Below are positions 27,772 to 36,482 of a stretch of 64,000 nt of DNA, piece after piece (position 1 is the stretch's first letter; each line of letters begins with the position of its first letter). The notes under the pieces were generated by a model. The model ran no database searches, was not told the origin of the DNA, and saw only the letters and a list, made by a program, of their open reading frames with translations. The position numbers were made by a program, and so were the translations under genes. Location of the stretch: assembly GCA_963719085.1 (NCBI GenBank), contig CAVRAL010000001.1, positions 512,001-576,000 of the forward strand, read 5' to 3'. Source of the DNA: a candidate division FCPU426 bacterium. GTDB taxonomy: Bacteria > Oederibacteriota > Muellerivitia > Muellerivitales > Muellerivitaceae.

Positions 27772-28262
27772 TGTCGAGCGATTTGTTTAAAGAGTTGGCG
27801 GATCGGATGAACGAGGAAGCGGAGTGTTACCGTCAACTGGTGGTTTTGGCGGGACGGCAAAAAGAGCTTCTGGTGGCGGCCCAAATTCAAGAGTTGCCCG
27901 TGAATGTTCGGTTGGAAGAAAAACAAGTATTTATCCTGGGGCCATTGGTGTCCCGTCGAAACGAGCTGCTGCAGGAAATCGCGAAGTCCCTGGGGATGAA
28001 AACCATGAGCCTTTCACAAGCGGTGGAAAAAGCGCCCGAGGATGTGGCGAAAAGGTTTCGGGAATCAGTCCTGGCTTTGGTTGACAGCGCGAAGCGCTTG
28101 GAGTCGGTCAATCAGGGAAACGACAAGCTTTTGAAAAACGCTTTGTCATACGTCAATTTTACTTTGAAAGCCATCTCGGCCGGCGGTCGTCCCGCGGTGG
28201 CGGCCCGCATGGACAAGGGCATCGAAAAACCGGCCTCGTCTTTTTTGAATCGAAAGGTTTGA
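27768..28262 (+). CDS. flgN: Flagellar chaperone FlgN
   Basis: Helical, LESVNQGNDKLLKNALSYVN; between flgM and flgK. Confidence 0.85.
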   Translation: MMSSDLFKELADRMNEEAECYRQLVVLAGRQKELLVAAQIQELPVNVRLEEKQVFILGPLVSRRNELLQEIAKSLGMKTMSLSQAVEKAPEDVAKRFRESVLALVDSAKRLESVNQGNDKLLKNALSYVNFTLKAISAGGRPAVAARMDKGIEKPASSFLNRKV

Positions 28263-28271
28263 GGAAACAAA

Positions 28272-30737
28272 ATGATTAACAGCTTCTTTGGGATCAACAC
28301 GACGCTCAACGGCCTTTTAACCCAACAGGCCGAGCAAAATGTTTTGGCCGACAATATCGCCAAGACGGGAAGCTACGTGGACGCCAACGGGTATGTGATG
28401 ACCACCGAGCAACAGCTCAATGTCACCCAGGGAGCGCCCTATATCCTCAACAGCTCCAACGGCAACTTGGCCATCGGAACGGGCCCCTTGCTTCAATCCA
28501 TCACGCGGATGCGCGACAGTTTTTTAGACAAACAAATTCAACAACAAAGCCAAATCGTCGGCAAGGAACAGGTGTTGTCGAATACCTTGTCCCAGATCCA
28601 GAATATCCTCAATGGAAGCGCGACTACCACTTTAGGCTACGCCATCACCCAGATGGGAAGCGCATTCTCCTCCTTGGCCGCGGCGTCCGGTACTTTGAAT
28701 ACGGATGTGGCCGCCGGAGCCCCGGCCGCCACCATTACGGCCGATCAAGCCAATGTGGCCGCGGCCCAGCAGGCGGCTGTGAACGCGGGTGTGGCTTTCG
28801 CCGCGATGGCGAACGGGCAATATTCCCAATTGAAAAACCTGCAGACTGATATGAATGATCAAATCCAACAAGACGTGACCAGCGTCAACAGTCTTCTCCA
28901 GCAGATCAACCAGGTCAACCAAGCCCTCTTGAACTCCCCCGGAAGCAACCAGAACGATTTGTTGGACGCCCGGGATTACGATATCACGCTTTTGTCCCGG
29001 CTCATGAATGTCAGCGCCAGCTACAGTGCCAATGGAACGGCTAACGTTTATCTGGGTGGTTTGGCCTTGGTGAATTCGGCGGGCGCCGCGATTCTTTCAA
29101 CTAACGTGGAGAATGGCCATAATCCCGGCCTGACGGACATCACGGTTCAATCGCCCCAAGGCACTTTCACCTTCAGTGATGCGTCCAGTACCATCACCAG
29201 CGGTAAATTGGGAGGGGATTTGCAGGCGCGGGATACGGTCATTGAGTCTTACCTGGAGCAAGTCGACCAGATTTCTTTTTCAGTCAGCCAGTTGGCCAAC
29301 CTCATTTATAGTTCGGGATACGACCCGACCAATAGCGCGACGGCGGCCTCGGGCACCGGAATTAATTTCTTCGTGGGCGGGGCCGTTCAAAGCCCCAACA
29401 CTTCCAATATCGCCCAGACCACCAATCCGGCGAACACGGCCATCGTCAATAATCCGGCGGTAAACCAGCCGCAATTAGGCGCTTCCGCCGCTGATATCAG
29501 CGTGAACGCCGCCTTGATCCAAAATAGCGGACACTTGGCCTATTCCAGCGCTTATGGGGCTTTTGTGAACAACGAAATCGCCCAAGCGATGAGCCAGCTT
29601 CCGAATCTTTTGACCAATAGTTTTGTCGCCAGCAATAAGAAGATTGGGACCAATGTCGACCCGGGAGTGACCCTTTCGACCGATGGGGCGACGGTCGCGA
29701 TGATCGGAACCGGTTCGATCAGTATTAATTCCAACGCCCCGGTTAATTATGACCCGGCCGTGGATACGATTTACAGCGTGTTGGCCGGGATTAATGCCAA
29801 CAATAATAATGTGACGGCTTTGTATAATTATAACGCCCAACAGGTTTTGATCTTTTCTACCGCACCCATCAACTTGAATGATTCGAACAATACGGATGGC
29901 TTTACCATTGGGACCCAGCTCACCGAGATATTGACCAGTTCGATCCGCATGAACAACGGGTTCGCTCCCACTGATCCGCAAATTGACGCGGCCACTCCGA
30001 TGGATTCGGTGCCCGCCAAACTTGGGATTCCGGTGCCTGTCCCTATTCCTTACACGGCTGGAAATCAGGCGGCTTTTCGGGTGACTCCTTCCACGACGGG
30101 TACTTTTGCCATCAACGGAATACCGATTTATACCCAATATCCCCCGCCGCCCACGCCCAACAATAGTCCTTACAGTTTCACCAATATCTCGCAGGCATTG
30201 AGCCCGACTTCAGCGAATACGCTTTCAGGGATTATTAACGAAATTGACGCTGCGGGAGCCGCCTATTTTCCGCTTCCGTTGGCCGCCTCTTTTAACAAAC
30301 AGACTCAGCAGTTTTCTTTGGCCTATGGCGCCGGGAGCAACGTTTTAACTCCCATTCAAGTCACGGATATTTCCGGCAACTTTTCGGTCTTCACCGGACT
30401 TAATGCGACCGTTTCGGCTTCCACCTTGGCTTCAAATCTAACCTCGCAGGTGACCGCTGGCGCACAAAACGCCAATACTTTATTTACCCAATCCAATGAT
30501 TCCTTGACCCAGTTGAACAACGAACAAGCCAATATCGGAACCCTATCCGCGGCTTCCGGATCAGGAACTCCCACGGCGGGAACGCCGGTTTCTTTGGTGG
30601 AGGAACAAGCTATGCAAGCCTTGGTGGCTTATAACGCTTCCTTGGAAATGTTGCAGATTCAGAACCAGATGTTCGCGGATTTATTGAACGTGGTGGCCCC
30701 GGTGCCGCCCTCTGGCGCGACGCCGTTTGTGCTTTAA
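28272..30737 (+). CDS. flgK: Flagellar hook-associated protein FlgK (divergent, enlarged)
   Basis: SITRMRDSFLDKQI, NDLLDARD..LSRLMNV, SGKLGGDLQARD, AYNAS..; follows flgN. Confidence 0.85.
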   Translation: MINSFFGINTTLNGLLTQQAEQNVLADNIAKTGSYVDANGYVMTTEQQLNVTQGAPYILNSSNGNLAIGTGPLLQSITRMRDSFLDKQIQQQSQIVGKEQVLSNTLSQIQNILNGSATTTLGYAITQMGSAFSSLAAASGTLNTDVAAGAPAATITADQANVAAAQQAAVNAGVAFAAMANGQYSQLKNLQTDMNDQIQQDVTSVNSLLQQINQVNQALLNSPGSNQNDLLDARDYDITLLSRLMNVSASYSANGTANVYLGGLALVNSAGAAILSTNVENGHNPGLTDITVQSPQGTFTFSDASSTITSGKLGGDLQARDTVIESYLEQVDQISFSVSQLANLIYSSGYDPTNSATAASGTGINFFVGGAVQSPNTSNIAQTTNPANTAIVNNPAVNQPQLGASAADISVNAALIQNSGHLAYSSAYGAFVNNEIAQAMSQLPNLLTNSFVASNKKIGTNVDPGVTLSTDGATVAMIGTGSISINSNAPVNYDPAVDTIYSVLAGINANNNNVTALYNYNAQQVLIFSTAPINLNDSNNTDGFTIGTQLTEILTSSIRMNNGFAPTDPQIDAATPMDSVPAKLGIPVPVPIPYTAGNQAAFRVTPSTTGTFAINGIPIYTQYPPPPTPNNSPYSFTNISQALSPTSANTLSGIINEIDAAGAAYFPLPLAASFNKQTQQFSLAYGAGSNVLTPIQVTDISGNFSVFTGLNATVSASTLASNLTSQVTAGAQNANTLFTQSNDSLTQLNNEQANIGTLSAASGSGTPTAGTPVSLVEEQAMQALVAYNASLEMLQIQNQMFADLLNVVAPVPPSGATPFVL

Positions 30738-30757
30738 AGACGAATAAGGAATAAACA

Positions 30758-33382
30758 GTGAAAAGCATCGCCGACATCCTAAGCGCGCTCTCCCAACCGC
30801 CCCAATCCTTGGGCGCTTCCCAAGGCGTGAAGCCGGTTTCGTCCAATTCGGATTCTTCCCAGAACGGAAGCTTCGCGAATGTGGTGAAGCAATTGAATTC
30901 CCAACCGGCCAATAACGGCTCCACGGTTTCTTCGGGAACGCCGGATAACTCAGGTCAAAATTCGAATGCGGCCCAGACGGCGTCGACATCGACACCGGGA
31001 TCGAGCGTCACCCAGGTGACGGCGTTCGACGCCATTGACATCCAATTTTCCGAAACCATCCAGAAAGGGCCTTCGGCCGATCAAAATCAAGTCCAGCAAT
31101 CCTTGGCGGGTTTGGCGACGGCTTTCCAACAGATGGTGGGTTTCCTGCTGTCCAATCCGGACGCTTCCGCCGATCAGGTCCAAAGCCAGATTGTGTCGGC
31201 GACTCAAGGGGCCATCACGCCCGCCGCGGCCAAGGCTTTGGTGGCCGCGGTGCAAGGATTTTTGCAATCCTTACCGCCGAGCCAAAAGAGCCTGCTTTCA
31301 GGCGAAGCCGCCCAGCAAAACCTTTTTAACCAGCTCTTTCAAGGGTTGGCGGCCGGCGTGGCGGCGGCGGGGAACAATAATAAGTCCAACCCGGGTTCGG
31401 ATGATTCGAGTGTTTCTGAAAACTTCAATTTGCAGATGGCTTTTGGAACCTCATCCTTGATTCAAACCGCCAATAGCGGCGCCTCGAGTTCAACCACCCA
31501 ATCGGGCTCGCAATTCTTTGGCGCGGATGTTTCCATGTCCGAGATCAACGACAACGAGATTCAAACTTCCATCACCAACGCGGTTTTGGACGCGGCGCCG
31601 TTAAGCGGCGGCTTGGCGGACTTGACGCAGCAAGAAGGACAACTTTTAACCAACCAGGCTCCACAAGGTTCGGGGGCGTCGCCGGTGACCGGACAGGACT
31701 TGGCGAATCTTTTAAACCAAGCGCAAGCCGGACAAGTGAGTTTAACTTCGTCCAATCAAAGCCAGCCGGCGCTTTCTTCGGATCAGCTCAATAAGATCGC
31801 CGCCATTGATTTCAACCAGATATTCAATTTGATGACTCAGAACGCCCAAAATCAAAATGCCGCCTTGACGCAGCCGGTGGCCCAAGCCGATACCTTGCAG
31901 GCGCCCACGCCGGGCTTGCCGTCGGTTTTAGGCTCATCCAATAGCCCGGCCATTCAAACGAGCATCTTGTCCACGCCGACCGTGGTGACCCTTCAGAACT
32001 TGGCGCCCCAGGCTTTAGCGCAGGGAACCTTTCCAACGGTCCAGCAGGCGGGTCTGATTAACCGGATTTTCCAAGAAATTTCCGCTTCCTTTAACGCGCC
32101 AGCCTTGGCCGCGCCGGCCCCGGCTTCCTTGACGGCGGCTTCAGTCGCGCCGGCCGCGAATTTGGGGAGCGGTAACCAGAACCAAGCAGTGGGATCCGGA
32201 TTAACGAACGAGGCCTCGTCTCAAGCCGCGTTGGACGCGGCGCCCCAGATTTTGAACTCAACGCCCGCTTCGGGTAACCCAAATCAAACCCAGGACACTC
32301 AAACTTTTCAGAATTTCCTTAGGTCGTCGGTTGTCTTTGACGCTGAAAAATTCACTTTTTCGGTGGATGAAGTGAACACTCCCGACCCAACGGCGGTCAG
32401 TTCGACCCCGGTGACCACGGGCGCGACGGTGAACAATCAGGTTCCGGCCACGCAAGGCGCCTTGCTTCCAACTAATTCACCGCAAAGCGGCTCACAACCC
32501 GCTCTCGGGACTATTTCGGCTCCCGCGGCGGTTGTTCCCTTGGCTTTAAGCACTCTGGCCCGGCCGGCGGCGGGGACAACGGTTAATGAGACGGTTTCCG
32601 CGGCTTCCATGTTCACCAATTCCGTGATAGCGGCCCAGACCGCGCGGCCGGTCGTAGCTCCGGGTCTTGAGACTGAAAATCTTCAGAATAATAACCAAGC
32701 CTTGCCCACGGATCCGAACGTTTCAGCGGTCCAATCCATCAATCCGGTCCTGGCCCAAGGTGTTAATTCGGTCACAACAGTGGCGGAGTTCGCGTCCATC
32801 AAAGATCAAGGGAAAACCCAAGACCCCTTGTCGGCCGTTGACAATTCATCCCAGTCCGCCGCGGATTCAGCCGCTTTGGCGGGATCGGGCACATTCTCAC
32901 AAGTCGTTCAAGCCAACAGCCAAACTCAAAACGCGCCAATCAACGCGGCGGGCATCATCCAACAGTTCGCCGAGCAGATTTCCCAACACGCCTCCCAGGT
33001 CCACACGGTTTCCCGGTTGAGTTTCCAATTGGTTCCGGAAAGTCTGGGGAAGGTGACCATTCAGGTGGCTTTGGTGGATCAATCGGTTTCGGCCCGGATC
33101 ATCGTTAATAATCAAGATGTTAAAGACGGGCTTCAAAATCACCTGGTTGATCTCAAGGCGGCCTTGAGCCAAGCGGGCCTCCAAATCGACCAATTGCAGG
33201 TCCAGATCCAGGGCGGATCGGCCAATCTATTGGCCCAGTATTACCAATACCAGCAGGAAGGCTCTTCTTATGGGTCTCCTGTTGGCAGTTTCTTGGGGCT
33301 TGGAACCCCTGAAAATGAGGAAAATACAGGGCTTTTGGGAGCGTTTTCCCAAAGAAACTCCCTGGTAAACCTGCTGGTTTAA
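30758..33382 (+). CDS. fliK: Hook-length control protein FliK (874 aa)
   Basis: Long low-complexity A/S/Q/T/N region, C-terminal FQLVPESLGKVTIQV...LKAALSQAGLQID; precedes flgD. Confidence 0.88.
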   Translation: MKSIADILSALSQPPQSLGASQGVKPVSSNSDSSQNGSFANVVKQLNSQPANNGSTVSSGTPDNSGQNSNAAQTASTSTPGSSVTQVTAFDAIDIQFSETIQKGPSADQNQVQQSLAGLATAFQQMVGFLLSNPDASADQVQSQIVSATQGAITPAAAKALVAAVQGFLQSLPPSQKSLLSGEAAQQNLFNQLFQGLAAGVAAAGNNNKSNPGSDDSSVSENFNLQMAFGTSSLIQTANSGASSSTTQSGSQFFGADVSMSEINDNEIQTSITNAVLDAAPLSGGLADLTQQEGQLLTNQAPQGSGASPVTGQDLANLLNQAQAGQVSLTSSNQSQPALSSDQLNKIAAIDFNQIFNLMTQNAQNQNAALTQPVAQADTLQAPTPGLPSVLGSSNSPAIQTSILSTPTVVTLQNLAPQALAQGTFPTVQQAGLINRIFQEISASFNAPALAAPAPASLTAASVAPAANLGSGNQNQAVGSGLTNEASSQAALDAAPQILNSTPASGNPNQTQDTQTFQNFLRSSVVFDAEKFTFSVDEVNTPDPTAVSSTPVTTGATVNNQVPATQGALLPTNSPQSGSQPALGTISAPAAVVPLALSTLARPAAGTTVNETVSAASMFTNSVIAAQTARPVVAPGLETENLQNNNQALPTDPNVSAVQSINPVLAQGVNSVTTVAEFASIKDQGKTQDPLSAVDNSSQSAADSAALAGSGTFSQVVQANSQTQNAPINAAGIIQQFAEQISQHASQVHTVSRLSFQLVPESLGKVTIQVALVDQSVSARIIVNNQDVKDGLQNHLVDLKAALSQAGLQIDQLQVQIQGGSANLLAQYYQYQQEGSSYGSPVGSFLGLGTPENEENTGLLGAFSQRNSLVNLLV

Positions 33383-33422
33383 GGGGTTTTTGAAGGTTTT
33401 AGCTTAATTTTTGAGTTTTTGT

Positions 33423-33449
33423 TAAAGTCTGTCAGAGTAATGTCGTTAG
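33423..33449 (+). promoter_or_regulatory. Candidate sigma28-type promoter upstream of flgD
   Basis: TAAA-N15-GTCGTTAG. Confidence 0.6.
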
Positions 33450-33474
33450 GAATTGAGAAGAAGGGGGTGAGTTT

Positions 33475-33885
33475 ATGGCAATACCTGGAGTAGGTAGCAG
33501 TGGAAGCGGCAATGCGGCTAATTCAACGACGGCTTTGGCGTCGGCTTCGAATCAGTTCGTTTCGGAGCAGACCTTTTTGCAATTGTTAGTCACTCAATTG
33601 CAGAATCAGGATCCGTTGAATCCGCAAGACGCGAGCCAGTTCGTGGCGGAACTGTCGAGTTTCTCCTCGGTTGAGCAATTGACGAGCCTGAGCACGAGCA
33701 TGGAAAGTGTTTTGGAATCGTCGGTGACCAACCTGATCGGAAAAACGGTGACGGTGGCCGACTCGACCAGCGCGCAAGGTTATGTCCAAGGGACGGTGAG
33801 CGCGGTTGTTTATTACTCAAATGGTCCCGCGGTGGATGTGAACGGAACGGCCTATCCGATTTCGGCTATTCAAAACGTTCAGTAA
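33475..33885 (+). CDS. flgD: Hook capping protein FlgD (short form)
   Basis: FLQLLVTQLQNQDPLNP..FVAELSSFSSVEQL, LIGKTV. Confidence 0.95.
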   Translation: MAIPGVGSSGSGNAANSTTALASASNQFVSEQTFLQLLVTQLQNQDPLNPQDASQFVAELSSFSSVEQLTSLSTSMESVLESSVTNLIGKTVTVADSTSAQGYVQGTVSAVVYYSNGPAVDVNGTAYPISAIQNVQ

Positions 33886-33933
33886 AAAGTAGTTAGGGTT
33901 TAACAGGCTTTAAAGAAGGGCGGGTGAGGACAA

Positions 33934-34344
33934 GTGGTTCAGCAAGTTAATTTTAATGACGCTTCCTTAAAACCGATGGATTCGGTGCAGAATCAGGCCC
34001 AGATCCAGATTTTGCAGCAGCAGGCCAGCAAGGCCGCGGAATCGGTTCAGTCGTTTACGGATGTGCTTCAAACGACCGTCAATCAGGGAACGGCTTTAAA
34101 ATTCTCCGCGCACGCGAAAGACCGATTGAGCTTACGCAATATCAATCTTTCGGCGGAGGACGTTTCCCGGATGACGGATGCCGTGAATAAGGCGGCGGCG
34201 AAGGGCGCGAAACAATCCTTGCTGGTTATGAACAACTTGGCTTTTATCGTCAGCGTCACCAATCGGACGGTGATTACGGCGTTGGACGATAGCAACATGA
34301 AGGAGAATGTTTTTACGAATATTGATAGTGCGGTAATTGTGTAA
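33934..34344 (+). CDS. TIGR02530 family flagellar operon protein
   Basis: LKFSAHAKDRLSLRNI, AFIVSVTNRTVITA, ENVFTNIDSAVI; between flgD and flgE. Confidence 0.92.
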   Translation: MVQQVNFNDASLKPMDSVQNQAQIQILQQQASKAAESVQSFTDVLQTTVNQGTALKFSAHAKDRLSLRNINLSAEDVSRMTDAVNKAAAKGAKQSLLVMNNLAFIVSVTNRTVITALDDSNMKENVFTNIDSAVIV

Positions 34345-34375
34345 CTTGCCGTTAGGAATTGTGGTGCAGTAAATA

Positions 34376-34429
34376 TCGGGCTGGACCTCTTAGAGGGGGC
34401 CCGAATCAGGGTTGGTGGATTACCAACCT
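34376..34429 (+). ncRNA. Structured 5' leader of flgE (candidate cis-regulatory RNA)
   Basis: TCGGGCT-GGA-CCTC-TTA-GAGG-G-GGCCCGA then GGTTGGT-GGATT-ACCAACC. Confidence 0.6.
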
Positions 34430-34449
34430 AATACTTCTAGGAGGACGTC

Positions 34450-36318
34450 ATGGGTCTCGAAGCAATGTATAGCGCGATTTCCGGTTTGCAGGGTGATAGC
34501 ACGTGGTTGGATGTCATTGGAAATAACATTTCCAACGTCAACACCACGGCTTACAAGGCGAGCCGTCTCGAGTTTTCAAACCAAATCAGCAACAACTTAA
34601 ACAGCGGCACCGGGGACGATCCGGCGGAAGGCCTCGGCGGAACCAATCCGGAGCAGGTCGGATTGGGTGTCAAGGTGGCTTCCATCGATACCTTGTTTAC
34701 CCAAGGCCAGCTCCAACAGACGGGTATCACCACTGATATCGCCATCACGGGCACAGGCTTCCTCGACGCGAAGGTGGGGGATACAACCTACCTGACGCGA
34801 GCCGGCAATTTGAACTTCGACAGCAATGGAAATTTGGTCGACCAAAACGGCGGCTTGATCCAGGGGTATACTGCTTCGCTCGAATATACTCAAACCACAG
34901 TCGACAACAACGTCCCTCTGGTTGTTACCTCGGCGAATTTGGTTTTGAACAATCAAAACCCGGGCAACATCAGCGACATCCAGATCAAGCCCGACATGGT
35001 AGTTCCGGCCAAAGCGACGACGGTCATGAATATCGCCGGCAATCTGGATTCGTTCCAGCAGGCTGATCAGACCGGAGGTATCCTGGACGTCGCTACGACC
35101 GCTGCGGGGCCTTTGTTGCCCTTTGTTGAAGCACCAGGTGTTACTACAAATGCGGCGGATTTGGTCATTGGTCCCGATGTTCGCGCAGGGGCTCCCGCAG
35201 GCGGGGTGGTTCTCCACCAAACTGGAAACCTTTCCACAGGAAATCCTGTGATCACGGGAGGGGGCGTGCCTTTGGCCACCGCTCGGACTACCAATACGTT
35301 TGCCTGGAATCAACAGCCACCTATTTCGCCAGCAACGGAAACGGTATCGACGGTTTATGATTCCTTGGGCAATCCTCATGAAATCACGACCCTCTATTAT
35401 CAGGTGAATGACTTAGGCGAGGCGGGTGTTAATAACCCGACGGCTGCGGGTCAGAGCCAGGCGGTTTACGCTTGGTATTCGTTTGATACGACGGGTGGCG
35501 TAGCTCCCTTTAGTGGCGCGGTAGTTCCCGCAGGTAGCAACGCTCCGGATTCGAATTTAGTCGGGGGAACCGGTATCGCGGAGGACTATACCCGCAATAC
35601 GGGCGATACCTATGTTGGAGATTTCTTGGTCTTCAACACCGATGGATCTTTGGCCACGACGGGCGGCGCGGATGTCACGGGCGCCAATGCGACCATGGTG
35701 CAAGCCAAAATTTACTTGCCGCCGGCTGATAACAACGCCGGGGTCGCGACTTTGCCTGCCAATTCTCCTTTGCCGACCATTGGTGCCAATATCACCCAAA
35801 TCGGTATGAATTTCGGTACCGCGGGTATTTTGGGAACTGGAGAGCGGGATGGCTTGTTCAGCGATGCGGAAGGAACCTTCCAAGTCGTGAACGGGGTCAA
35901 TACCTACGTGCCGAGCGATACCGCCACCGTGAAGTCGCAAGACGGATACGCGGACGGAACCTTGCAAAGCCTTTCCTTCGACAAGACCGGTACGATTCAA
36001 GGGGTCTTCTCGAACGGTAAGACCTTCGCTTTGGGCCAAGTGGTCCTCACCTCGGTCACCAACCAGGAAGGTCTCGAGAGTGTCGGGAACGGCTACTACA
36101 GCCAAACTGCCAGCTCGGGCCCGTCCTTCACGGGTTTGGCCGGTACGGACAACTTGGGAACAGTGGCGGGGAGCTCTTTGGAAGGGTCGAACGTCGACTT
36201 GACCGTGGAACTTTCCAACATGATCATCGCCCAACGGGGTTATGAATCGAACGCCCGGGTTATCTCGGTCGTCAATTCGACCTTGCAGACCTTGACGCAG
36301 TTGGGCCAAGGCTCTTAA
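34450..36318 (+). CDS. flgE: Flagellar hook protein FlgE
   Basis: DVIGNNISNVNTTAYK, TRAGNLNFD, VYDSLG, QDGYADG.L, LEGSNVDLTVELSNMIIAQRGYESN. Confidence 0.96.
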   Translation: MGLEAMYSAISGLQGDSTWLDVIGNNISNVNTTAYKASRLEFSNQISNNLNSGTGDDPAEGLGGTNPEQVGLGVKVASIDTLFTQGQLQQTGITTDIAITGTGFLDAKVGDTTYLTRAGNLNFDSNGNLVDQNGGLIQGYTASLEYTQTTVDNNVPLVVTSANLVLNNQNPGNISDIQIKPDMVVPAKATTVMNIAGNLDSFQQADQTGGILDVATTAAGPLLPFVEAPGVTTNAADLVIGPDVRAGAPAGGVVLHQTGNLSTGNPVITGGGVPLATARTTNTFAWNQQPPISPATETVSTVYDSLGNPHEITTLYYQVNDLGEAGVNNPTAAGQSQAVYAWYSFDTTGGVAPFSGAVVPAGSNAPDSNLVGGTGIAEDYTRNTGDTYVGDFLVFNTDGSLATTGGADVTGANATMVQAKIYLPPADNNAGVATLPANSPLPTIGANITQIGMNFGTAGILGTGERDGLFSDAEGTFQVVNGVNTYVPSDTATVKSQDGYADGTLQSLSFDKTGTIQGVFSNGKTFALGQVVLTSVTNQEGLESVGNGYYSQTASSGPSFTGLAGTDNLGTVAGSSLEGSNVDLTVELSNMIIAQRGYESNARVISVVNSTLQTLTQLGQGS

Positions 36319-36365
36319 GGGTTTCGTTAAAAGTTAAAAGAGGCCGAAAGGTTTCTTGCAGGCTG

Positions 36366-36406
36366 GAAAGGCGACGCCGGATAAAACCCGTCGCCTTTCT
36401 TTTTTT
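36366..36406 (+). terminator. Intrinsic terminator after flgE
   Basis: GAAAGGCGACG / CGTCGCCTTTC stem followed by T7. Confidence 0.85.
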
Positions 36407-36482
36407 AAGGTGAGGTAGAATAGAAGGGAAGATAAATTTTTTTATTGAACCCCGGGTCAACCGGCGGTGATTTGGGTGAAAA

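Noticed and set aside
34450..36318. Spirochaete-type lysinoalanine hook cross-linking
   Set aside because: This FlgE contains no cysteine, which that chemistry requires.
36338..36406. Possible c-di-GMP riboswitch after flgE (GAAA tetraloop hairpin)
   Set aside because: Lacks the GEMM consensus elements; adequately explained as a small hairpin plus intrinsic terminator.
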